DNA of 31,309 bases from Candidatus Methylomirabilia bacterium (GCA_041497895.1 JBGQHJ010000043.1:1-31309); one strand, 5' to 3'; shown: positions 6,964 to 15,872, numbered from the stretch's first letter. Notes: generated from the sequence alone by a model not told the origin. Program-made: numbers and translations.

Positions 6964-8046
6964 TCAGTCGGCGGCGGGGAGCAGCACGCAGGCCTCGGGC
7001 AGCACCGTGACCGCGACCGCGTCGCCCGGCCGGGCGCGCGCCGGGGTGGGGCCGGTGACCCGCAGCACTACGTCGGAGCCCTCCAGGCACACCTGGTAGT
7101 CCACCGTCTCCCCGAGGTAGCTCGCGCGCACGACGGTCCCGGCCAGCACGTTGGCGCCCGCGGGCGCGGCGGAGGCGCTCCCGGGCGGGCCCAGCACGAT
7201 CTGGTGCGGGCGGATCGAGACGACGGCCGGCGCGCGAGGCGTGAGGCCGTCGGCGGCGACGCGCAGGCGTAGGGAGCCGCGGGTGACGGTGCCGGGGCCC
7301 TCGGCCACCGCGTCGATGAGGTTGGTCTTGCCGATGAACTCCGCGACGAAGCGCGTCCGTGGCTGCTCGAACAGCTCCTGGGGAGCCCCGACCTGGACGA
7401 CGCGGCCGTCCCGCAGCACCGCCACGCGGTCCGAGATCACCATGGCCTCCGCCTGGTCGTGGGTGACGTAGAGCGTGGTGATGGCGAAGCGCTCGTGGAG
7501 GCGGCGGATCTCGAAGCGCATCTCCTCGCGGAGGCTCGCGTCGAGATTGCTGAGCGGCTCGTCCAGCAGCAGGATCTCGGGCTCCACCACGAGAGCCCGC
7601 GCCACCGCCACCCGCTGCTGCTGGCCGCCCGAGAGCTCGCCGGGGTAGCGGGCGCCGTAGCCCGCGAGCTGCACCGCCTTCAGCATCTCGTTCACTCGAG
7701 GCTCCCGCTCGGCGCGCGGGGCGCCCGCGAAGCGCAGCCCGTAGGCCACGTTCTGCGCCACCGTCATGTGCGGCCAGAGCGCGTAGCTCTGGAAGATCAT
7801 CGCCATGCGCCTCCGCTCGGGCGGGATCACGACCGAGGCGGAGGAGAGCACCCGGTCGCCGACGCGGATCTCCCCGGCCTCCGGCGCGAGGAAGCCGGCC
7901 ACCAGCCGCAGGGTGGTGGTCTTGCCGCAGCCGGAGGGGCCGAGCAGGGCCACCAGCTCGCCGGGCCGCACCTCGAGATCGAGGCCGGCCACCGCGGCGA
8001 CGTCGCCGAAGCGCTTGGTGAGGCCGGAGATCGTGATGCCGGGCAC
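6964..8046 (-). CDS. ABC transporter ATP-binding protein (FbpC/PotA-like, TOBE domain)
   Basis: Walker A GPSGCGKT, LSGGQQQ signature, Walker B LLLDEP, H-loop. Confidence 0.95.
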   Translation of the reverse strand: MPGITISGLTKRFGDVAAVAGLDLEVRPGELVALLGPSGCGKTTTLRLVAGFLAPEAGEIRVGDRVLSSASVVIPPERRRMAMIFQSYALWPHMTVAQNVAYGLRFAGAPRAEREPRVNEMLKAVQLAGYGARYPGELSGGQQQRVAVARALVVEPEILLLDEPLSNLDASLREEMRFEIRRLHERFAITTLYVTHDQAEAMVISDRVAVLRDGRVVQVGAPQELFEQPRTRFVAEFIGKTNLIDAVAEGPGTVTRGSLRLRVAADGLTPRAPAVVSIRPHQIVLGPPGSASAAPAGANVLAGTVVRASYLGETVDYQVCLEGSDVVLRVTGPTPARARPGDAVAVTVLPEACVLLPAAD

Positions 8047-8050
8047 GGGG

Positions 8051-9769
8051 CTAGCCGGAGCCGCCCGACTCCCGCGCGGTCATGACGTCGCGGCCGAGCA
8101 CGGCCTGCATCAGGGCCACCACCGCGAAGGTCATCACGAGCATGAAGACGCCCAGGACCGCGATGGCGCCGAACTGGCCCTCTTCCTTCAAGTCGAAGAT
8201 CACCACCGACATCACCTTCGTACTCGGCGTGAAGAGGATGATGGAGGCGGACAGCTCGCGGATCACGCCGATGAAGACGAAGCACCAGGTGGCGATAATG
8301 CCGCTCTTGGCCAGCGGCCCGGTGATCTCGCGCAGGACGCGCAGGCGACCCGCGCCGAGGATGCGGCCGGCCTCCTCCAGCTCCGGGTGGATGCCGCGGA
8401 GGGTGGCGTCGGACTGCGAATAGCCGACCGGCATCTCCTTGGTGAGATACGCGAGGAAGAGGATCCACAACGTGCCGTAGAGCAGGAAGGGCGGCCGGGT
8501 ATAGGCCACGAACAGCGCCACCGCCAGCACCACTCCCGGGATCACCACCGGGGCCAGGGCCAGGAACGCGAGCACCTGATAGCCCAGGACGAGGCGCCGG
8601 TTGGTCACGTAGGCGAGCAGGGTGGCGAGGCCGGCGCCGACGCACGCGGTGAGCACGCCCAGCTCGAGCGTGTTGACGATGGCGGACTGCGTCGCGCTGT
8701 GCAGGAACGTGAACGACCAGTTCTCGAGCGTGAAGTTCGCCCGGGTGAGGGGCTGGGCCCACGCGCGCGAGAACGCGGCCTTGAGCAGGATCCCGTAGGG
8801 CAGGAACACCGCGGAGCCGAGCACGGCCAGACAGGCCGCGAGCGCGGGATAGCGCCAGCGGCCGAGCGGGATGACCCGGCGCCCGGCGCCCTTGCCCCCG
8901 ACCGCGGCGTAGCCGCGCCGGCCCAGCAGCTTCTTCTGGGCGAGCAGGAGGAGCGCGGTGGCGAGCAGCAGCGGGATCGAGAAGGCGGCCGCCATCTCCA
9001 CGCGCGGCGGGTACTGGAAGAACGCCCAGAGCTGCGTCGTCACGGTGTGGAAGCCGGCGGGCAGCGCGAGGATGGCGGGCGAGCCGAAGAGGGCCAAGGC
9101 CTGCAGCACGGCCAGGATGAAGCCGCTCAGGATGGCGGGCAGCACCATCGGCAGCGTGATCGTCCACGCCACCTGCAGCCGGCCCGCGCCCAGGATGGCC
9201 GCCGCGTCCTCCAGGTCGGAGGCGATGAGCCCGAGCGTGTTGGTGATCATGATGTACACGTACGGGAAGGTGTAGATCGCCACCACGAAGATCAGCCCGG
9301 GCATCGTGAAGATGTTCAGCAGCGGATCGGCCGCGCCGGTGAGGCCGCGGTAGAGGCGGTTGAGCGCGCCCGCGTTGGGGCCGGCGAGCATCACCCACGC
9401 GAAGGCGCCCAGGAAGGGCGGCGTCACGAACGAGGCCATGATGAGGTGCTGGATGGTCCGCCGCCAGGGGAGGTCGGTCCGGGCGGAGAGCCAGGCCAGG
9501 GGGGCGCCGATGGCGAGGGCGACCAGCCCCGACCAGAGCGCGAGCACCAGGGTGTTCCAGAGCGCCTTCTGGAGCGGCGGGTCGCCGAAGACGCGCGCGT
9601 AGTGGGCGAGGGTGAAGCCGCGCTCGCCGCCCACGCTCATGTAGGCGAGCCAGCCGAGCGGGAGCAGGATCAGCAGGAGCAGCGCGGCTGCCGCCATCAG
9701 CCAGACCGGCGCCGCCCGGTCGAAGCCCTCGAAGCGGCGGGGCCGCCGCGCGGCCGTCGCGTCGGCCAT
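8051..9769 (-). CDS. ABC transporter permease, fused two-domain FbpB/ThiP type
   Basis: Two EAA-like loops (LEDAAAILGA, LEEAGRILGA); many TM segments. Confidence 0.93.
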   Translation of the reverse strand: MADATAARRPRRFEGFDRAAPVWLMAAAALLLLILLPLGWLAYMSVGGERGFTLAHYARVFGDPPLQKALWNTLVLALWSGLVALAIGAPLAWLSARTDLPWRRTIQHLIMASFVTPPFLGAFAWVMLAGPNAGALNRLYRGLTGAADPLLNIFTMPGLIFVVAIYTFPYVYIMITNTLGLIASDLEDAAAILGAGRLQVAWTITLPMVLPAILSGFILAVLQALALFGSPAILALPAGFHTVTTQLWAFFQYPPRVEMAAAFSIPLLLATALLLLAQKKLLGRRGYAAVGGKGAGRRVIPLGRWRYPALAACLAVLGSAVFLPYGILLKAAFSRAWAQPLTRANFTLENWSFTFLHSATQSAIVNTLELGVLTACVGAGLATLLAYVTNRRLVLGYQVLAFLALAPVVIPGVVLAVALFVAYTRPPFLLYGTLWILFLAYLTKEMPVGYSQSDATLRGIHPELEEAGRILGAGRLRVLREITGPLAKSGIIATWCFVFIGVIRELSASIILFTPSTKVMSVVIFDLKEEGQFGAIAVLGVFMLVMTFAVVALMQAVLGRDVMTARESGGSG

Positions 9770-9779
9770 CACGGGCGCG

Positions 9780-10802
9780 CTAGGCCCCGAAGAACTCGAC
9801 GAAGCGCGTCTTGATCTCCTCGTTCCGCTTCTCCAGCTCCTCGGCGTCGACCGGCAGCAGCTTGAGGTCCTGGAGCCGCGGCTTATCAGCCGGGTACTTC
9901 ACCTGCGGGTGCCCGGTGTAGAGCCCCTCGGTGTCGGCCAGCACCTGCTGCACCTCGCGGCTGAAGATGAAGTCGGTGAAGAGCCGGGCCGCGTTGGGAT
10001 GGGGCGCGAAGCTCGTGATCGCGCTCGGAGAGACCACGAGGGGCACGCCCTCCTTCGGATAGACGATCTCGACGGGGTTCCCCTTCTTCTTGGCCTGGTA
10101 GAAGGTGTAGTCGCCGCCGTTGACCGCGACCGGTCGCTCGCCCGAGGCGACGATGCCGGAGGGATCCACCGCCGACTGCACCAGCATGGGCTTGTTCTGG
10201 GCGAGCGCCTTGAAGTAGTCCCAGCCGTTGAGATGCACGAGGGCCAGCACGTGGGTGGCGATCACGCCGCTGTAGCCCGGGTGGGCGGTGACCAGGCGCC
10301 CGCGCCACTTGGGATCGAGGAGGTCCTTCCAGCCGCGCGGGGCCTCCGCGGCCGAAATCAGCGTCGTGTTGTAGGCGATCACGGTGACGGTGGCGCGGAG
10401 GCCGTAGTGGAAGCCGTCGCGGTCCTTGAAGCCGGGGGCGAAGGCGTCCACTCCCGCCGGCGTGTAGCGCATCAGGAGCTTCTTCTCCTTGAGCAGCACG
10501 TAGTGGCCGGCGTCGGAGGTGTGAACGACGTCCACGTTCTTGATGTTGGATTGCAGCTCCTGCATCATCCGCTGCAGGATCCGCTGCGAGCCCGTCCGGT
10601 GCACCTCGACCTTCACCCCCGGATAGGCGGCCTCGAACAGCTTGGCGACCTTCTCCGAGCTCGTCAGGGCGAGCGACGTGTACCAGACGACCTTGCCCTC
10701 CTTCCGGGCCGCCTCGAGCCGCGGGTCCTGCGCGGCGGCGGGGGCGGCGGCGCCGGCCAGGGCGAGGACCAGCAACGACAGCGCGAGGCGGCGATGTCTC
10801 AT
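9780..10802 (-). CDS. ABC transporter substrate-binding protein (AfuA/FbpA-like fold)
   Basis: Signal peptide; KEGKVVWYTS, WKDLLDPKWRG, APHPNAARLF. Confidence 0.9.
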   Translation of the reverse strand: MRHRRLALSLLVLALAGAAAPAAAQDPRLEAARKEGKVVWYTSLALTSSEKVAKLFEAAYPGVKVEVHRTGSQRILQRMMQELQSNIKNVDVVHTSDAGHYVLLKEKKLLMRYTPAGVDAFAPGFKDRDGFHYGLRATVTVIAYNTTLISAAEAPRGWKDLLDPKWRGRLVTAHPGYSGVIATHVLALVHLNGWDYFKALAQNKPMLVQSAVDPSGIVASGERPVAVNGGDYTFYQAKKKGNPVEIVYPKEGVPLVVSPSAITSFAPHPNAARLFTDFIFSREVQQVLADTEGLYTGHPQVKYPADKPRLQDLKLLPVDAEELEKRNEEIKTRFVEFFGA

Positions 10803-10812
10803 CTCGGCTCCT

Positions 10813-12210
10813 CTAGGCGGTGAGGGCGTCCATCAAGGTGTCGACCCGCGGCTGGGCGGCAAGGGCGTCGACGAATCCCACCGCCCGCGAGGCCTGCGCG
10901 TCGGGAATGGCCACCGCCGCGTTGGCGCGGAACTTGGCGGTGAGCTCCTCGCGCGTCATCGGGAAGTCGGGCCCGCCCCGCGGGCGGTCCTGCCGCTCCT
11001 CGAGCACGCGCCCGTCGGTCAGGCGCACCGCGACGTGGCCCATGAAGTGCCGCGGGTAGTCGATGGTCGGATCGATATCGTAGTACACCTTGGCCGCCAC
11101 GCTCCGCAGCCCCTCATCCTGGACCGCCTCGTCGGTGAAATCGGCGAGCGTGGCCCGGCCGTTGACGAGGATCGAGGCCAGCAGGTACGGCAGGCTGAAC
11201 TTCGCCGCGTAGCCGTTGCGCGGGCGGTGCTTGGCCGCGAGCGGCTCCCAGAGCCGCGGGATCGGTCCCTCGGCGGTACGGCAGCGCACCTCGGCGATCT
11301 GATCCGCCCGCAGCGCGTGGCGCTCGCGGAGCCGCAGCGCGCAGTCCATGTACGGATGCGCGATGGAGCCGCACGGATAGGGCTTGAACGTCAGCGCGGC
11401 CAGCTCCCACGTCGCGCCCAGGCTGTCGAGCAGCGTCTCGAGCCGCGCGGGGTCGTGACCGCCCGCGAAGGCCGCGTAGAAACCGTGCTCACCCTCGAAG
11501 ACCGTCTCCGGCCCCGTGAATCCGGCGCGCGCGAGCAGCGCCGCGGTCACGCCCGCGTGGGCGGCCCAGCCGGGGTGCAGGCGCTTGGTCCAGGACCCGT
11601 CGGCCAGGTACTCGATGATGCCGCCGGCCTGGCTGCCGCAGAGGCCGAAGGCGTGGACCTGCTGATCGTCGTTCAAACGGTAGAGACGGCCCGCCGCGGC
11701 GGCGGCGGCGAAGGTCCCGGTGAGCGCGGTCGGATGATAGTGCCGCGCGTGGAAGCGGCCGGGCACCGCGAGGCCGATCCGGCACATCACCTCCACACCC
11801 GCGATCATCGCCTCGAGGACCGCGCGGCCGGACGCCTCGACGGCCTCGCCCACCGCCAGGGCGGTGGTCACGGTCACGCAGCCGGTGTGGACGATGGCGT
11901 CCTCGCGGGTGTCGTCGAAATCGAGCCCGTGGGCCAGGGTGCCGTTGGCGAGCACCGCGCTGGCCGCGCCGACCCGGGCCTTGCTGCCGATCAGCGTGCT
12001 CTCGGGCGCGCCGCCCAGGCGCTCGGCCGCCTGGATGACCGCACGGCCGAAATCCTGGCGGGAGGACGCCAGGCAGCTTCCGAGCGTGTCCAGCGCGAGC
12101 AGGGTCGCCTTCGCGGCGACGGCGGGCGGCACGTCGTCGAGCGTGAGGCCCGAGACGAATCGCGCGAAGCGCCGGGCGACCGACGGGGAAGAGACGGGGG
12201 GCTGTGACAC
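10813..12210 (-). CDS. MmgE/PrpD family protein
   Basis: NGTLAHGLDFDD, HYHPT, KRLHPG, FKPYPCG, AKFSLPY. Confidence 0.93.
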   Translation of the reverse strand: MSQPPVSSPSVARRFARFVSGLTLDDVPPAVAAKATLLALDTLGSCLASSRQDFGRAVIQAAERLGGAPESTLIGSKARVGAASAVLANGTLAHGLDFDDTREDAIVHTGCVTVTTALAVGEAVEASGRAVLEAMIAGVEVMCRIGLAVPGRFHARHYHPTALTGTFAAAAAAGRLYRLNDDQQVHAFGLCGSQAGGIIEYLADGSWTKRLHPGWAAHAGVTAALLARAGFTGPETVFEGEHGFYAAFAGGHDPARLETLLDSLGATWELAALTFKPYPCGSIAHPYMDCALRLRERHALRADQIAEVRCRTAEGPIPRLWEPLAAKHRPRNGYAAKFSLPYLLASILVNGRATLADFTDEAVQDEGLRSVAAKVYYDIDPTIDYPRHFMGHVAVRLTDGRVLEERQDRPRGGPDFPMTREELTAKFRANAAVAIPDAQASRAVGFVDALAAQPRVDTLMDALTA

Positions 12211-12221
12211 GGCGTCGGTTC

Positions 12222-12250
12222 TTTCTACTGAAGGCCTCTCGCGATGTCAA
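12222..12250 (-). promoter_or_regulatory. Sigma70-like promoter for the MmgE/PrpD-ABC operon
   Basis: TTGACA (12250-12245), 17-nt spacer, TAGAAA (12227-12222), 11 nt before the GTG. Confidence 0.6.
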
Positions 12251-12529
12251 CGGGGAACATCTGCAGTCTTAGGAAGTTCGGCACTTACCTCTGCTTGCGA
12301 GCGGCCGGGGCTCCGTCACACGGAGAGCCCGATCTCCGCGCCAACGCCCAGCCGGCCGCGAACCTGACTCCAGCCCATCAGACCGCTCTGACCGACCTTC
12401 AGGTGCTCAGTCGGAATCGAGAGCACCGGGATCTCCCGTCCGCGCCGGGCGCAGGGGCGCCCGACGGGGCGGGCGGGAACGGTCGAGGTGCAGTAGAATC
12501 CTCCGATCGCGTCTAGGAGGAGCGGAGCC

Positions 12530-12778
12530 ATGAGCTGGCGGACCACAGGGATGCGGGTGGTGGGAGTCATCGGGCTACTGGTCGGCTGTGCGAGCGGGAG
12601 GGGCCTGGGCGTGTACGACAAGCCTGGCGCGGCGGAGGCGGACGTGAAGCGGGACCGGTCCGCCTGCCTGCGCGCATCGGCCAGCGAGAGCGACCCGTTT
12701 CGGTTCAGCGGGCCCACGATTGATCGAGAGGCCTTCGCGCGCTGCATGGAGGCCAAAGGCTACACGCTTCGAAAATAG
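12530..12778 (+). CDS. Small lipoprotein with a C...CMxAKGY motif
   Basis: AGGAGG RBS, TAGAAT upstream, lipobox LVGC, DRSAC...CMEAKGY. Confidence 0.8.
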   Translation: MSWRTTGMRVVGVIGLLVGCASGRGLGVYDKPGAAEADVKRDRSACLRASASESDPFRFSGPTIDREAFARCMEAKGYTLRK

Positions 12779-12918
12779 CGGCTCACTCGGCCGCCTCGCG
12801 ATCCACCGGCCCCGGGTGATCCGTTGCCTGGCTGCCGGGACCCGACCGCGGGGGCTGCACGCCGACGTGAGCTGGCGGCTCGAAGCCCGGCCGGGTTGGC
12901 TCGACACCTGAGCGGCTC

Positions 12919-13035
12919 TTAGGTGTGGCGCCCGTGGACGCCCTGGTCGACGCGACCCTCGTCGCAGCGCACTCGCGCCTTCCCCCGCCCGGCCTCCTTC
13001 GCGATACCGTCATGAAGATTGGCGAGTCGCCTCAT
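12919..13035 (-). CDS. Possible 38-aa peptide or gene remnant
   Basis: GGAGGAGG RBS; ATGA overlap with the upstream frame; MRRLANLHDGIAKEAGRGKARVRCDEGRVDQGVHGRHT. Confidence 0.35.
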   Translation of the reverse strand: MRRLANLHDGIAKEAGRGKARVRCDEGRVDQGVHGRHT

Positions 13036-13227
13036 CTCATCCCTCCTCCCTCAGGGCACCGGTCGAGCTGCGCCGCGGTCGCCTTCACGTGGGCCTGCGC
13101 GTCCCAGATCAGCGCGCGGTACATCGTCAGCTCGTGGCCGATGCCGCCGGCGCTGGCCGTCGAGGAGCTGCTCGAGCTCGCGCTCGACGCGGGCGAGCGC
13201 CTCCTGATGGCGGGCCCGATCCTTCAC
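13032..13227 (-). pseudogene. Small helical protein gene with an apparent +1 frameshift near 13161
   Basis: GTG start overlaps the upstream stop (GTGA): MKDRARHQEALARVERELEQLL; continues in another frame as ASAGGIGHELTMYRALIWDAQAHVKATAAQLDRCPEGGGMR and ends in an ATGA overlap. Confidence 0.5.
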
Positions 13228-13382
13228 GGCTTCACCGTATCGGGCAGGCACAGGCTGGTCATGGTCCCCCTCATCGCCTCGCACTGGGCCTTGGTCTCGT
13301 AGGCGCTCATCGCGATAAACCCCGATGGGAGATGCCACCACAGCACCCACGCGCACAGCAGGATCCTCGCCAGCGAGGTCAT
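13224..13382 (-). CDS. Minimal 52-aa member of the AWxLW...C...CLPDT family (not in the ORF track)
   Basis: MTSLARILLCAWVLWWHLPSGFIAMSAYETKAQCEAMRGTMTSLCLPDTVKP. Confidence 0.7.
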   Translation of the reverse strand: MTSLARILLCAWVLWWHLPSGFIAMSAYETKAQCEAMRGTMTSLCLPDTVKP

Positions 13383-13403
13383 GATGTGGTCGAGGCGTCG
13401 GCC

Positions 13404-13790
13404 TCACGGCGTGATCCGGTAGCCCTTCTGTTTCAGGCAGAGGGTCAGCTTCTGGTTCGCCTCCGGATCTCCCGGGCCCTGCCAGCGGAATGTGCCGTCG
13501 GGATTCAGCGCGGCCAACGTGGCCCCGGGATACACGAACCCGCGGCATTCCTCGAAGTCAGCCCGGATCTTGTCTAGCCGTCTCTCGGTCACTTGCCGCT
13601 GCCATTGCGCTCCGAGACATTCCTGCATTCGGGCGCGCTGTCCGTCTGGCCCGGTGTAGAGGTAGTGGATGTTGCCGTTCAGGTCGATTCGCTGCAGATG
13701 GGCGAAGTGACCCGCCCCCGCCTCACAGGCCTTCCATCGCTCCGCCGCGAGGGCCTGCGCCGGCGTGTCCTGCAGCGTCGCGCAGCCGGC
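13404..13790 (-). pseudogene. Lipoprotein gene lacking its signal peptide; two tandem Cys-pair domains
   Basis: Frame reads AGCATLQDTPAQALAAERWKAC...MQECL...FEEC...LCLKQKGY; no in-frame start upstream of the lipobox-like AGC. Confidence 0.65.
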
Positions 13791-14046
13791 CCGCGGTCCA
13801 GACGCCGACTCCTCCGTAGGCCGCCACTCCGAGCGCCATGCCCAGCAGTGCCAGATCGACCGCGTGGCCCACCGGGTTGCAGAACAGGACGATCCGCGAG
13901 GTGGGCGAGAGATTCGCCTTCGTCGCGCAGCCGGTCAAGGCCAGCGCGGCGGAGAGGATCAGGAGCAGGAGCCTGCTTGCACTGCTTGCAAATCGGTATC
14001 GCCCAGTGCGGTTCAGTGCAGGGTACGCGCCAACCCGGAAGTGCAT
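13723..14046 (-). CDS. Putative lipoprotein, probably 3'-truncated near 13791
   Basis: LLLLILSAALALTGC lipobox, then a hydrophobic Gly/Ala-rich segment; the tail overlaps the next gene out of frame. Confidence 0.5.
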   Translation of the reverse strand: MHFRVGAYPALNRTGRYRFASSASRLLLLILSAALALTGCATKANLSPTSRIVLFCNPVGHAVDLALLGMALGVAAYGGVGVWTAGRLRDAAGHAGAGPRGGAMEGL

Positions 14047-14181
14047 ATTGTCAGTCCTTTCCGGAGTCTACGCCGTCAGGTGGATCTGAACGGGGAACTT
14101 CCACTCGAGCGCGTCGCCGCGGCGTGCGCGCGCGGCCGCCCTCTGGCGGAGCCGCCGCGACGGCGCTATGATCCGAGGCCA

Positions 14182-14550
14182 ATGGACGAGACGGCGACCA
14201 CGCGCGCGACCGGAGTGGCGCAGGTTTTCGATCTACACGCCCTCAAGGCCTTCGCCTCGGACCGGCGCGTGCGCAAGATGCTCTTCAAGACCGACCAGCT
14301 CTGGTCCGAGATCGCCTGCTACGAGCCCGGCCAGTCCACCGTGATGCATACCCACCCGAAGGAAGAGGAGGCGATCTTCGTCCTCGAGGGCACCGCCCAC
14401 ATGAGCATCGACGGCCAGAACGTGGTGGTGGAGGCGGGCTCCATCGTGAAGTTTCCCCGGAGCGTCATGCACGATGTGCGCAACCTGGGCCCGGAGCGGT
14501 GCGTCATCATGTTCATCAAGGTGAATCCGAAGGTGCTGCGCGATGGGTAA
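14182..14550 (+). CDS. Cupin domain protein
   Basis: HTHPKEEEAIFVLEG and PRSVMHDVRN metal-binding motifs; overlaps the next gene. Confidence 0.9.
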   Translation: MDETATTRATGVAQVFDLHALKAFASDRRVRKMLFKTDQLWSEIACYEPGQSTVMHTHPKEEEAIFVLEGTAHMSIDGQNVVVEAGSIVKFPRSVMHDVRNLGPERCVIMFIKVNPKVLRDG

Positions 14551-14878
14551 CGTCGAGCGTTGCGACAAGACGCTGCCGGTCAACGAGATGATCTTCTATG
14601 TTCGGCGTGACGCGATGCTCCGCGCGCGCTGGCTGAGCGATCTGGAGGGCCTCGCCCGGGAGTTCGGGCTGAGCCGGGACGAGTACGAGGCCCTGCGCGA
14701 CAAGGACGTCCGGCGGCTGAACGAGATGGGCGTGCACCAGTACTACATCCCGCAGATCCTCCGGCTGTTCTACGGCGCCTCCGCCAACAGCAACAGCCAT
14801 CCCGCGCTGGAAGCCTACAAGCGGGCGTATCCGGCCGAGGCCGCCGCCGCGGAGCGGCTGGCGGGGCGGAAGGCCTGA
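14543..14878 (+). CDS. LigA-like small subunit of an extradiol ring-cleavage dioxygenase
   Basis: FGLSRDEYEALRDKDVRRLNEMGVH pattern; directly upstream of a LigB-like gene. Confidence 0.75.
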   Translation: MGNVERCDKTLPVNEMIFYVRRDAMLRARWLSDLEGLAREFGLSRDEYEALRDKDVRRLNEMGVHQYYIPQILRLFYGASANSNSHPALEAYKRAYPAEAAAAERLAGRKA

Positions 14879-14881
14879 GCG

Positions 14882-15724
14882 ATGGCGCGCATCGTGACCG
14901 CGATGGCCCTCACGCACTCGCCCGGGCTCACCGGCTGGTTCGACCGGGCTCCCGAGGACCAGCGGATCGAGGCCCGGCGCGCCCTCGTCGAGATGCGGGA
15001 TCGGCTCCGGGTGTCGCGGCCCGACGTGATCGTGCTCTTCAGCAATGATCACCTCCTCAACTGGCCGATCAACAACACGCCCGAGTACACGGTGGGCATC
15101 GGGAGCGAGCACGTGGGGCCGGCCGACTGGTACGACGAGTGGCTCGCGCTCGAGAAGTACCGGATTCCCGGGCATCCCGCGCTGGCGCGCTACCTGGTCA
15201 ACGAGGGAGCCCGGCGCCGGCTCGCGTTCGCCTATCTGCGAGACATGCAGTTCGACGACGGGGTGTCGGTCCCCATGCACTATCTGAACCCGGACGGCGC
15301 CATCCCCCTCGTGCCGGTGACGATGAACTGCACGGTGCCGCCGATCCCGACGCCGGAGCGGGCCTATCAGGTGGGGACGACGCTGCGGGAGATGCTGCTC
15401 GCGTATCCCGGCGCGGAGCGCGTCGCGGTGGTGGCCACCGGGGGGCTCTCGCACGAGCCGGGCGGGCCGCGCTACTTCTGGGTGGACGAGGAGTTCGACC
15501 GGTGGTTCCTCGCTCTCCTGAAGCAGGGCGATCACGTGGCGCTGCTGCGCGAGTGCACGCTCGAGCGCATGGAGGCCGCGGGCTCGGGCGGCACCGCCGA
15601 GCTGCTCGCGTGGATCATTGCGCTCGCGTTCACCAGCGGTCCCGCCGAGGTGCTCGCGTACATGCCCGCGGTCGCATGGCGCTCGGGCACCGGCATGGTG
15701 GTCTGGCCGGAGGTGAGGACATGA
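14882..15724 (+). CDS. LigB-like class III extradiol dioxygenase catalytic subunit
   Basis: THSP, RPDVIVLFSNDH, ATGGLSH and TAELLAW Fe-ligand/catalytic motifs. Confidence 0.9.
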   Translation: MARIVTAMALTHSPGLTGWFDRAPEDQRIEARRALVEMRDRLRVSRPDVIVLFSNDHLLNWPINNTPEYTVGIGSEHVGPADWYDEWLALEKYRIPGHPALARYLVNEGARRRLAFAYLRDMQFDDGVSVPMHYLNPDGAIPLVPVTMNCTVPPIPTPERAYQVGTTLREMLLAYPGAERVAVVATGGLSHEPGGPRYFWVDEEFDRWFLALLKQGDHVALLRECTLERMEAAGSGGTAELLAWIIALAFTSGPAEVLAYMPAVAWRSGTGMVVWPEVRT

Positions 15725-15872
15725 TGACAAACTTTTGCAACCGTCGTCCCGTGGACGACCGGAGTGACACTTGAGAAGCGTCGATCAGCGCACCACGGCT
15801 AAGTTCACGTCCCGCCTTACCCGTCCGGCTGGCGCCGTTCTTGCTGGTTCCCGATCCGGTGGGAGGAGCGGC

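Noticed and set aside
12300..12480. Several GC-rich hairpins suggesting a riboswitch or ncRNA
   Set aside because: No recognisable riboswitch, tRNA or other Rfam consensus; such stems are expected by chance at this GC
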